This document shows positions 1 through 12,300 of a DNA stretch of 64,000 nucleotides, one piece after another (position 1 is the first letter of the stretch; every line of letters begins with the position of its first letter). The stretch covers positions 1-64,000 of the forward strand of contig JBFLGF010000015.1 of NCBI GenBank assembly GCA_050230475.1, in the 5' to 3' direction. The notes below the pieces were generated by a model. It ran no database searches and was not told where the DNA came from. It worked only from the letters and a program-made list of their open reading frames with translations. Position numbers and translations under genes: made by a program. Origin of the DNA: Ancylonema sp. Its lineage: Eukaryota.

Positions 1-1753
1 CCCCCTCACATGCCTGAAGGCGACTCCTCATAGGTAGCTCCGCCCAGGACCAATTCCGCAGCAGCAGCAGCGATAGCGTCCACAGCCGCCCACGCAATCC
101 CCCCCCCCAACCCCGATCCCCACCCCCCCCCCCTTTCCCCCCCTACCCCGATGCTGACCTGGCAGTGGGGCTGTGGTCCGCCATGTCCACCAGCGGCATT
201 AGACAGGTGGCGTGATCTCCTTGGAGTAGGAGGGTGAAGGCACGGGAGGTGACGACGGTGGTGGACCAAAGGAGGGAGGGAGGGGAGAGACAGGAGGATA
301 GAAAGGGGAGCACTGGAAGACAACCCCACCCCCCGCCACTGTTAGCCTCAGATCCCATCTTAATTCTGCCAATCTGGGAGTCTGGCGGTGTGGCCTTCTC
401 GCCATTCTGCCGTTTTTACCCATTTTGCGGTTTACCCATCATACGATTCTGCCATTCTGCGATACTTGCCATTCTGCCATTCTGCCATTCTGCCATTTCT
501 GTCACCTGTGGCCTGTGCCTGGGCGGTGCAGTGGCGCTTGACAGCTGGCAGGAGGCCGTTGTGGTGTTGGAGCTTATCCATAGATGCCCGAGCGGCGGAA
601 ATTGAGGCACCCACTCGGGTGCCGCCCAGGAGTGCCACGTCAGCATCTCTGGCACAAGGAGGCCAACCATTGGACCGTTAGATTTCTGCCATTTTTTTAT
701 GTCAGAACTGATCACCGAGAATCTTTACCGGAGCCGGTTTGAACAACCACAGGTAGTGGCCAGTGTGTAGTGATGGATTTAAATTAAAAAAACTGCTGCA
801 GGCATCAGTATTGCATGGGACTGGGGGGTCCGATCAGAAGTGAAGAGAAATGAGGGCGTTCTTGTTCAAAGGATCCGTCCCCCTCTCTCTATGTCGAGGT
901 GTGTTTCGTTGTAAGGACAACCCCCCCTGCATGATCGGACTGTGGAATGGAATGGAAGCAACAACTTAACACATTGCTCACTGCGACGATTCCATTCCGG
1001 AATTCAAACAGAGAGGGTGAAGGGTGGGGACATGTTTTTGAAGAGAACGCTGAATAATATCAAAGGGGGATTGGAGATCGTACGAGAAGTAGAGAGGGGT
1101 GGTGAAGGAAGAGGGGAGGGAGTCAAGATAGGGCATCCAAAATGAGTCAGCCCCCTTCGCCTTCTCGTAGGAGACATAGAGAATCAATCTGCCGCCCGTA
1201 CATCACGAACCCACGAATAGATCCTCACCATTGGCTGGCGTGACCACGCACATGCACGTGTGAGGTGAGTGATAGATTGGACGGTCGAAATTGGGTTGCG
1301 AATAGGAGGCGTAGGGGATCTAGAGAGGTTCTGGTTATTCAAGGAGTGACGGGATTCTTTCATCTTGAATCCATCACCGACGCAAGAAGATGGGGGGAAA
1401 GTGAAAAGACCGACATGGTGAGGTCTGGAACACCTTCGTTCCTCAGAGCTTGGAATGCGGGGCCAATGGCAGAATCCTTACAGGCTGACTCGGCGTTAAT
1501 CTGAAGTGGGGACTTTACGAAGTATCAGAATGTCGAATCAAAACTGATGCTCTGGCATCGCAGAAACGAAACTTGCACGGATTGTGATATTGGGGGTGCG
1601 TCAAGAAAGAGCGGGTACCAGAAGATTTATTGGCAGGGAGACCACTGTCGTGCCTGCTTCCAGGTCAGCAGCTGCGAACATGGAGCGGCCCTGCCACCGT
1701 ACGGCGTGCGAGCTCCCTCCGTGTCCCGCGGCCCACGCGAGAAGGGCGTCCAT
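1..1753 (-). CDS. SET-domain protein lysine methyltransferase, Rubisco LSMT/SETD3-SETD6-like; 3' end not resolved, probably runs off the window
   Basis: GT-AG exons 1753-1619, 1500-1415, 1188-1084 and 648-506 join in phase, plus an exon at about 280-160. Translation: MDALLAWAAGHG...GRSMFAAADLEAGTTVVSLPINLL/INAESACKDSAIGPAF...LILYVSYEKAKGADSFWMPYLDSLPSSFTTPLYFS/DADVALLGGT...LWSTTVVTSRAF...CLMPLVDMADHSP. These are typical LSMT-family SET-N, SET-I and SET-C motifs. Confidence 0.8.
364..500. repeat. Degenerate (CTGCCATT)n 8-bp tandem repeat in a SET-gene intron
   Basis: Repeated ttctgcca/ctgccatt units. Confidence 0.7.
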
Positions 1754-2757
1754 GGTGCCGCCTAGCAGGCGTACGGCACTCAAGCCTGGCTGAGGTGAGG
1801 TGAGGTGGAGCACAAGCTGGGGCAGCGGTGTGCCCGAAAGCCGCTGACGTCAGCACTTGGCGCCAATTTAATGCTCCCAGCCTTCAGTAGTCATTTCAAA
1901 ACGCGCCCGGGATGGCGCGTTTGTTTTGTTCACCCAGAGCGCCCGTGCGGATACTTTGCGCCAACATTTTGGCGCGAAAACTGTGAGCCCTCGGAGCCCT
2001 CGGTTGGCCGATCCTCAGATTCGAATTGCTTCAAAGCAATTCATTAAGGAAAATGACATTAAAAGACTGAAGTGTGCATTTGGTAGAAGCCTGTGGTGAA
2101 TTCAAGAACAATTGTGTTCCTGAATTGAGTTCAGGTTTCGAACTTTCTATTGGGGTGTTTTGAGTGTTTCGTGTGGTTTCACTAGATAGTCGTGGTGTGT
2201 ATACGAGCCGGCAATGTGATGAATTGTTTTGTACAATCCGACAATAGATCGGCTTGCCACCCTGCAATTAATGAAAGAGGTTGGCAAAGCCGACCGTGGT
2301 TCTTTGCCTCCTGTTATTTCACTTCCTTAGTTGCGAATGAATAATTCGGCTTCCTCTTTTCTTCAATGTAGATAGATGCGCAAACTGTGAGATAAATGCG
2401 AGAAGATGCGAGATTGAGCTCGACTAAACGAGATGGAGATCCTGTCGCTCTCTTTTGAAATTTGCAACGAAATTTCTCTCAAAGTTTGAAGTCACTAAGT
2501 CTGCGTTTCAAATTTCAAACGCATAAGTTGCAACTTCAACCTTAGAAGTTCGATTTCAGAAGTTACAACCCAGAAGTAGCACCAGTTCAAGATAACATCG
2601 TACCGGAGCGCCGCCGCTCAACCAGGCCGCCCGGAGTCCATAGAACACAACCCGCATCCCGCAGTCCGCAGCCTGCATCCCGCAGGTGGGAAAAAAAGAT
2701 GTTATAGCGAGGAGTTTCTCATATCGAAGTTTTTAGCATCGGGGTATCACTCGCAGC

Positions 2758-3412
2758 TAAAGTGGGGGTAACCCTGAAATTATTTTCAGGGTTAAGTCGT
2801 AACCCTGAGATAACCCCTTTTAATCCTGATTAACCCTCTTAACCCTGAAAAACCCTGATTAACCCTGATTAACCCTAAATATCCTGAATAATCCCGATGA
2901 CCCTGCTTAACCCTGATTAATCCTAGGGTTATTAACCCTGAAATACCTGTCAAAATTAATATGACGGAACCGAAACCAAAAAAAAAACGGACAGGTTATT
3001 AATTAAAACAGGTTATTTATTTGGACAGGTTATTAATTCACCCGAAATCGGGCGCAAGATCGGATGGAAGATTTTTTATAAATTTAGACAGGTATTAATT
3101 GGCGCAGTATATATATATTGCGTACCCGGAAGTACCCGTCCCGCCGGCAGCGGCGGCGGCGGCGGCAAAATTAGCCCTTCAATAACCCCGATTAACCCTG
3201 ATTAACCCTGATTAACCCTGATTAACCCTGATTAACCCTGATTAACCCTGATTAACCCTGATTAACCCCAGGTTTATCGGGTTAAATCAGGGTTAACTAG
3301 TAACCTCGAAGTTTTAACCCTGTTCTGTTTTGGGGAGGAGGGTTAAATCAGGCTATTAACCTCGAGATTAAGGGTTAAGGGTTCTCAGGGTTAAGGGTTA
3401 ACCTCCACTCTA
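2758..3412. mobile_element. Non-autonomous hAT-type MITE with telomere-like subterminal repeats
   Basis: Imperfect TIRs TAAAGTGGGGGT-AACCCT and (rc) TAGAGTGGAGGTTAACCCT. 8-bp TSD CTCGCAGC (2750-2757) / CTCACAGC (3413-3420). Many TTAACCCTGA copies in both orientations. Confidence 0.85.
3181..3269. repeat. (ATTAACCCTG)n 10-bp tandem array inside the MITE
   Basis: About 8-9 near-perfect copies. Confidence 0.95.
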
Positions 3413-3684
3413 CTCACAGCCCAGCAGCATTCCGCAACCTGTCTGGTTACCTTGTCTTGGACATCTGCTATCTCGGATGAGGGTAAACTTATCGTTCAGC
3501 TACGGTTGCCTTTCTCTTCCCGCTTGCTTGCAAGTCAACTTTCTGCCCAATACTCGTCGTCCGGCACAGAGGCTGCAGGAACTTCCTGCAGTCTATGTAA
3601 AAGGCATGCTGTGAAGACATATGTTTTTCAACATTTTCTTGTGACTCCATGCCTTGGGGCTCATTTCCTGCACAACATATTCGC

Positions 3685-5328
3685 ATGGACTCAGACACCG
3701 ATGATTTTTTTGGGGACCAAGCACAGGGACCCTTTGTCGCTGTACCTGCGGACCTGGACCGCGAATGGCGCGCAAGGGAGATTAGATACCGCACGGTGAT
3801 TTTCCATAAAGAAAAAACAATAAACATGTGAACAGAGTCGCAGACATATTATGAGCTCCTATTTCTGCAGCTTTTTGTGGCGTTACATGTGAAGGTCGTG
3901 ATCTCTACAATGTACTCTGGCATCCGCATCTTGGCAACTGAATCAACGTCGTTGATGCGGAACCGCAGCATGGGTACCGAGAAGGACTGACGGCGGGCAC
4001 GAATGACGCGGTTCAGTCTGGTGTCGAGCGAGGTGTCCGCGACACAGTGGGGACCAGCTTTCGATGGGGACAGGCTCGGGGAGTTACAAGGTATCTGAAT
4101 GCTACTCCGATTCCGCGGCCGAATATGAATTCGAGTCCGAAATCGATTCATCTACCCAGAGCCTCAAGTGGAGTCTGATCAATAAACTACACAACCTCAA
4201 GGATCTCGCCAGGCCTGGTGTAGCGGGGATTAAAGGGAATCATGCATCCAGAAATGAAGTCGTCTGAATCATAAATTTTATGTGTATCCAGAAATGCTTA
4301 CCTACACTAGTCTACAACCTCATGTGCCTTTCCCCAACGCAGAGTTTGTGTATCAATTCATATTGCACCTTATTAAGCAGGACACGATTTCATATTGAGT
4401 CCGAGTGAAATCGATTGCGGCTCAGTATGAGGCGCAATACTTCGCCAGGCCATCAGCTGATTTGGCATTGTGACTCCCCTTCTTCTCAACCAGTGCCTTC
4501 GCCGCACTTCCCGCTCCCCTCCAACAAAAACTGATACCGGATTCCGCCCTCCGCAAAATCATGGAAAACGCTGACTCCGACTTTAACTCCCTCTCCTCTC
4601 TGGACGCGGCCAGAGTTTATTCCGGATCTGTCCTTGCCCAGAGATCCATAGAAAGCCTTCATGGGGCGTCGCAGCTTACTTCACCATCGGCTGAAGTCGA
4701 TCTGAATTCTGGTGCAGATGCTGACTCTGCCCGCGAAGCCCCGAGCTCCTCTAGTGTTGATAGGATAATTAGTAATGAAGACGCTGCTTCTGGTTTGAGA
4801 GGAAGGAGTTCGGAATCCTCTTCCACGTCTCCAGAAACGGGAGAAGGGAGAGTGAGAGCGAGAGAAGGAGCTCCGCCTCTTGCTGCTGCTGCAGGATACG
4901 TGGACGAACAAAGAGGATCTTCTCTAAGTTGCACAACGGATGCAACTCATAGGTCGGCAGACAGTCTCACTGCCTCTGACCTCCAAATATCCAGTAAGGG
5001 CCCAGAAGAAAGCTCCGCAGGCACAAGATGTGACTGTAGTGGGAGGGGGGCTGCTGACAGTCGTGCGCAGGAAGGGGAGTGTGAGGGAGGTGTGACCGGG
5101 CTATGTGCTTGCCAAGAGGGAGGGAGTGGGGCAGTGCAAAAGTGTGGCACTAGGGAAGATACAAACGAAGGTGCGTTAGATGTCATGTTGACGGGAGATG
5201 CCCTTTTGGACGATAGGAATGGTAGACGGGTGATGGTGAGAATAGAGCATTGGCAGAGCGAGATGTGGAGAGGGCTCTCGAAATCGGGTATCAGTTTGAG
5301 AGGCGGGCAGGTGTTGGAGAAGCAGTAG
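3685..5328 (+). CDS. YAE1: Yae1 N-terminal-domain protein with a long Ser/Gly-rich C-terminal region; 3 exons (3685-3795, 3969-4090, 4494-5328)
   Basis: In-phase GT-AG splicing gives MDSDTDDFFG...DLDREWRAREIRYRT/HGYREGLTAGTNDAVQSGVERGVRDTVGTSFRWGQARGVTS/AFAALPAPLQQKLI. This matches the plant Yae1 pattern DLDREW...GYRxG..AG..Q.G...G...WG..RGVTS. Confidence 0.8.
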
Positions 5329-6318
5329 CACACCGTTTCATCCCTTCGCCAAAGGCCTACCACTACCGGGGCAAAGATAATGTTTTGCTTTTCTTTGTCG
5401 CTTGGGAAGTGTATGATCAGAAGTCGTTTTGGGTCTTTCAAATTGCTTTATGTTCAATCAACAGATGTGGTCCCTTTCCATAAATCCCGTTTCACATCTT
5501 GGACGTTTGAAGTATTAGTTCTCAGGGTTAATGTAGGATTGTTTTTTATATTATAATTTATCTCAATGTAGTTGTCACTTTGATGTGATGTTTGTGTTAA
5601 CCTTTTAATAATGCTGAGAAGAATGTAGTCTATGTTTTTTCAATATTTTGTGAACTGTAAAACTGTTCATAATAATTTCAAGAGGGTGAAGTCCAAACAA
5701 AACTCTCATGTTTGATAGTATATATTAGTTCATAAATCAGGTTTGATACACATCGGGACACAAAAAGACGTCACCCCCGAACGTAGTCATATCCATCCTT
5801 TGACTCGAGTGGCACCCATTCTCCTACCATTGCTAAATAGGTTGTGTATACGGCACATGCATTTTGCATCACGTTTACCCTACAGCATTTTCTGATGGGT
5901 AATGTCGTCCCGTTGGTGTAATGTCGTGCAACTGTTAAAGAAAACCATAAGAAAACCACAATACTGATGACGATATTGCTCAACGGGAGTCACTCCCATC
6001 GCACACAAAATACAATGCAACGGAAATGCTACAACTCAACTTTTCATACGGCAAGGGTATTTTGGTACAAATTCTAATTGTCGCCTTTCACTAGCAACCA
6101 AACTACAAGTGAATTAGTTTGCCTCTTACCCATTTAATTGTGACAACCTCGTTCGAAATTTTGATAGGATACACATTGCCAATATATGCGGATGCACCCT
6201 CGTAGATTCCGTTCGTAGACTCCCATTCCCCTAAACAAATTTAGCAACTATGTCACCCTAATGGGCATCATAATGAGAGATGGCCATACTAGTCATGGGC
6301 CTAAAAAAATTTCTCGAT

Positions 6319-9300
6319 CTAGGAGGCCAAGATGACTCTATTTCTTCCAATAGCCCCACTCGGTTCCGAGTGTGAAAGTGGCTTATTTGAGAAGTCCACC
6401 ACGATCAATTTGCGGCCCGTATAGATGGCGCAAGCGGCTTGAGGTGCAAGTGCTTGGGCCACACTACCACCAAACTGCACAAGTTGTGCCTGCACAATCC
6501 AAACACCTCAAAAAACACGTTTCAATCTCTTATTTCAATTTTATCAAGCAATCTAGAGTATACATAATAATGCGAATCTATTCACTCGCCACACACATCG
6601 TTTTACTCTAGGAAACACGACAAAATAATTCAAAAAAAGGGGGGTGTGGGAGGGGAACACGTCGAGAAAATCGTCTCCATTGTCAATCAATAACCAGTCA
6701 AAAGACTTTAATATATAAACGGCACCCTTTATCGTCTAATCCAGAACATAGGATCTTATGTGATAGTAGTGTGCTTCGAAGTAAAAAGGAATGGAAGGAG
6801 ACGACTCACTTGGATGCGACCGGCAATAAAACGCAAGAACTCAGCGTCATAAAGGTTCCCAATGATGGGAGATAGGACGAGAGCAGGAAGGCGACGAAAG
6901 AATTCTCGTTGCAAACTTATTCGCTTTTTCTTGGTGCCATCTTTGTCCTGAAAATTTGTGTCGACGAGGTGGAATAAAGCTTGCATTTCTTTCCTTTCTT
7001 ACTTTTACTTATTTCCTTTTTTTTTTCTTCTTCTTCTTTTTCTTTTTTTTGGTTTGGATTACAACAAGCCGCCTTGAAGACAATGAATGAGTCGCAGCAC
7101 CTACTTCATCACTTTCATGGCAAAAAAATGGATGATATGAGCTCGTGTGTGACAATAAGAAAGCCAAATTTGTTTTCTTTCCAATGGTTTTCTTTTGTTA
7201 CTGGTCATGCGATCTATCCACCAGCGAAGGGCACCGAGTGGTGATATTGCGTTCATCCGTACCTCAAGTCCTCAAGATCGAATAGCGAGAGCATCTCTAG
7301 CCGTCGGATCGATCCAAGCAACCACACAGGCCGCATGTAAAGCGTGAGATGGACAATTGCCATGCTCTCCTCGGCGTCATACACAAATTGCTGAATTTCC
7401 ACGCGCTGATATCGCAATAAAAATTCAGACGACTGCGAAAGCATGAAAAAGGGAGGTTCACATGTTTTTTCGTGGATTCATAGCTCCATGTTTTACATGG
7501 AGTCGAACAAACTTTCATTCCTTCTTTCCATAGTTGGCTCCGCCCCTCAAATCCCGCCCGGGGCGGAGCCAACTATGCTTCTTTCGTGGTGTGTGACGGA
7601 ACGAAGACCAGACTTTCACACGTGCATACAAATAAGCCTTCACTGAAATAGGGTCAACAAATCAAACAACTGAATGTCTTATATAAGTACAGAATATAAC
7701 TTCAGAATATATCTTCAGAATATAACTTCAGAATATAACTTCATAATATTTTGAAGTTTGAAGTCTTCTCCAAATGTGTAGTAGTAGTCCAAAAGCCTGC
7801 TATTGGAAATCTGAAAAGGCCGAAAGCATTAGGATGGTTATTACAAAAATTGAATGTGATGATAAACGAGGTTGTATATTGACAGGTTTTCTACAAAAGT
7901 CATTACCTGGTACACAGCTATAAGATCCTCAACGCCCCTCGCACCTGCGGTCGATTCAACCGAAGAAAGCCTAAACCTGATTAGGAGTAAGAAAAAACCG
8001 GGCCATGTGTAGGAATTATATCGGATAGCCATGTTTGCCAGTGTGCTAGTCCGGACTATCGGTTAGTGTAACCGGTAGGATTCCTAGGGTGTGCTTATAT
8101 TGAGGGGCCGGACTTATGTCCCGGCACCCGAATAGGACGTTTCGATTGTGCCGTTTGTAGCACGTGCGGTCTAGATGGTTCCGAATCTAGACGTTATGTC
8201 TTGTCACACTGTCCGGCATGTGCCGTTGTCAGGATCTGACTCTTGTTGTGTTTTGATAGGCCGACGGTCCGCAGATACGACCGTCGGCACGCTTTGTAGA
8301 TTCTTGTTTTGGACGAGGCATCGTGGTATACCTACACGATGCCGACCATTCAATATTATTCTTCCAACACAATACTTGTCATTGATCATTTCTTGAGAGA
8401 CGTAGTTCCTTGTACGGAAAGATTCACTGATCTTGCACACCTATCACGTAACAATCGCTAAAAGGTTATGGGCCCACAGGCGGTCTTAAAGACGCTCTGT
8501 CAATAACTACAGGCATTCCTTCGCTGCTAAGAGACTCGGTTGAGGTTATTAAGTACTGCACGTAATCCTTCGAATGCTGCCAGTGACTGAGGTGTGAGCT
8601 GCGCTGCACGAAACACGCTCAAAGAAGCAACTCTGAGTTGATCATTAGAAGAATTTAGGTGCTGCCCAACATGACGGAAAAGTCGTACATTCTGGTCTTC
8701 ACAGGAGCAGACTATAAAGGATGGGCTTTTAAAATTAAGTTCGGTCTGGCAGACAAGGAGCTGCATATAACAGTGTCATGGATTGGGGCAAATCCCCGAG
8801 GCAAGCAGAACCTGTCGTGTCTCTACCGATCACGCAGGATGAGCTCGATACGCTGGATGCTGCAGACGTCGCTAGAACGGTCACGGCACGCACCCAGCTC
8901 ATCGGTCGACGACTCTCCCTCCTTCGAGAGGTCTGGGAAGAAGAATATCGCTGCGATGGCATACATCGTCAAACACCTCCCAGACGGGGGAGCTGACGCA
9001 CGTACGAAATTGCGAGACGGCAGTGGATATGTGGGACGCCCTGAAAGCCTTCTACGACATTCAGGGAGCCATCGAGATCGCCAACGCTGAGGCAGAGCTC
9101 ACGGCGATTATCATGGGAGAAGCGGAGGATCTGAGCGACTATGTTAAGCGACTTCAGGAGCTGCACGATCGTCTGGGGCATCTGGGAGAGCGAGTAAAGC
9201 CTTCGAAGCAGACGATCAACTTTCTGAATTCCCTTAACACTCGCTACAGCGCGCGCGTGGAGAGCGTGATGTCTTGGGCAGTTTTTGCGCCAACACTCTT

Positions 9301-12300
9301 CACGATCCCTCAGGTTGTCAACATTTTGTCAGCTGGCGATCGACGGGAGGTCGCAACGACCGGAAGAGAGGGGCGCTGCCGGGAGGGCAGCAGGCCAATT
9401 TCGTGGGAAAAGGGGTTTACTCGGGCAGCTCTGGAGCTGGCCCAAGTGGACCAAGTGGGAGTGGCGGTCCCGGAAGTCGCGACATGTCGAGAATTCAGTG
9501 CTACGGTTGCAACTAGCATGGTCACCTGAAATCGGACTGCCCTTCACGTCTGCAAATGAGGTGTCATGGCTGCAACCAGATCGGCCACAAACTATCGCAA
9601 TGCGGACTGCAACGGCATGGGGGAGGTGGAAGATCGGCTGGCCAGGGAAGTGGCAGTCCGAAACTCAAATGCAGATAATGTGATAAGCTCGGGCACACAT
9701 TGGTAGAATGCATGAAGCGTAAATCTGACCTCGCATTGGCTGCACTTGATTCTAATCTTCGTGATCAAGCGCAGGCTAGACTTGCTGCACGTCTAGACAC
9801 ACCCTTCGATGCATCCAAATCCCTTGCCTATGCAACATTCTCATCTGACGCACGGATTTCCATGGCAGCTAGAACTGATTGCTCGCATCTATGGCTTGAT
9901 TCAGGCTCGACCGATCACGTCTTCATAAACAGAGACCACTTCGTCGAGTACGACACCAACGTTCCGATGCAGCATTCATTCATCCACACGGCTGATGGCA
10001 CGCCTCATAAGGTCGAGGGGACAGGCTTCGTGCACGTTCGAGTGAAGAACGACGACTCCTTCTTCGTCGTCCCTCTCACTGCATTCGCTGCGACCTTGGT
10101 GTCCACCGACTGCCTCGTCCAGAGAGGTGGGCTGAGCTTTGCCCAGACCCCACATGGTCCTAAACTGACTAAAAATGGACAAAAATGGGCTGATGGAAAT
10201 GGGCTGTCATTGCTGCATGCATCCATCATCATGCCTGGTTCATCTGGTCTGCAAGCAAATCTGTCCATAGGCATGCTTTGGCATGGCAAGCTAGGTCACC
10301 CTGGTATACCAGCCATGTCAGACATGGCCAGACGTGGGGACATACCGAGACTTAGTCAGGAAGAGTTGACTGAGGTCAGGGATTGTGAGATCTGCTGTAT
10401 GGGGAAAATGGGACAGAGGGGGCATGCTATGGCTAGCGATGATGTGGCCACTATGCCAAAAATGGGGAGGTTGCATCTAGATCTGATAGGTCCTTTTGGT
10501 GTCAGATCAATGCATGGAGGGTTTGATTATGCTCAGACAGGGATAGAGGTCAATTCTAGACTGTCCACAGTATCTCTTCTCAAGCACAAGAGCGACGCTC
10601 TCAGTCAAACGCGCATCACTGTACAGAAACTAGAGGTTGAGTCAGGACTGCCGTTAAAGTCGATCAGGACAGATGGAGGAGGGGAATATACCAGCAAGGA
10701 ATGGAAAGGCTATTGTGAGGATAAAGGCATCAAACATGAATTGATTGCCCCCTATAGTCCTCAGCAGAATGGTATGTGTGAAAGGCTGAACCGAACATTG
10801 ATGGAGAATATGAGATGTTTGCTGATGTGGTCTAAAGTGCCTAAATCATACTGGGATGTGGCACTGATGCATGCAAACTGGCTAAGGAACAGAACCCCCA
10901 CTAGTTCATTGACAAGGGGGATACCTATTGAAAAGTGGACGGGACGCCAAATCAAACTGGACAGAAGTCACACATTTGGCTGCCTAGTGCAGTATTTGAA
11001 AGTTGGGCATGATAAAAACAAACAAGGGGACAAGTATGCTGCCAGGACTGCTTTTGGGGTATTTATTGGGCTGGCAGCAGATCAAGCTGGCTACAACATC
11101 TTCGACCCACTCAGAGCTGGTGTGATGGTGCGGACAGACGTCCGTTTCTTTGAGGAAGTGCCGGGGTACCCGAGACTCACGGGGGGGAGAGCTCCCCAGG
11201 TCGAGGCCAAAGCAGATACATTTTCTTCAACTCTTCCCCGACACGGATGATGAGCCCAAGGCTGGAGGGGTGACAGGGCAAGCAGCAGTGACAACTGCAA
11301 CGCGAGCAGCAGTACCACCAGCAGTACCAGCAGCAGTCCTAGCAGCAGCTCCAGCAGCAGTGCCAGCAGCAGCAGCCCACAACGACCCAGGAGCCGAGAT
11401 CCCACCACTACCGTTTCCGCCACCACCAGCTGCTGAGGTTCCCATCGCTGTGATTGAGCTGTCCGACAACCAATCTGGGATCAACAACGCAAGTGTGGCA
11501 GGCGAGGAGGAAGAAGTCCAAGGAGGGGGTGAAGAGGGGGGGCAAGGGGTGAATGCTGGGAGCATAGCTGAGAGAGTAATGGGAAGGAGGAGGGCAAACT
11601 TTGCCCACTTTGGGGATGTGCTCTGATACGATGGGGAGGAGTTCGACGACCAGGCGCTGGAAGAAGCCATGCAGGACGAGGAGTGGGAGGCTACATGCTT
11701 CTTCACAGGCTTCAATGGCCCCTCTGACCCTGGATTCTGCATGGTGGCCATGTCTGCTGACTCCTCCGACCCTCTGACGCTGAACCCGGCCATGACGAGG
11801 CCAGACTAGGATCAGTGGTTAGCTGCTATCCACGAAGAGCTGAAAAGCTTGGGGGAATTCAACACCTTCGAGGTGTGTGAACTTCCACCAGGTAAAAGGG
11901 CTGTGGGGTGCAAATATGTATTCAAAACAAAATACACACCCACGGGAACCCTTGAAAGGTATAAAGTCAGACTGGTCGCTCAGGGTTTCCTACAACAAGA
12001 AAGAGTGGACTATAATAAAATATTCGCACCTGTAGTAGATAGTACCTCTATCTCTCTTCTACTAGCTATTGCGAATCAGGAGGGTTGGGAAATTGAACAG
12101 ATAGACGTGGTGACTGCTTTCTTGCACGGAAGACTGACCGAAGAAGTATATATGAAAATTCCACCATTTATGGAGATTGAGGGAGGGGCTGAGGGAAAAG
12201 TTTTGAGAATGAGGGGGGCAGTGTACGGAGTGAAACAAAGTAGCAAGGTCTGGGGTGAGATGTTCACAGTCTTCATGCTCACTATAGGGTTCAAACAGTG

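Noticed and set aside
2758..3412. Interstitial telomere or chromosome-fusion scar
   Set aside because: The unit is a 10-mer, and the block is bounded by TIRs and an 8-bp TSD, which fits a MITE better.
8175..8440. Duplicated small ORFs at 8175/14214 and 8204/14243, and at 41511/45700
   Set aside because: Incidental ORFs inside LTR or A-repeat copies.
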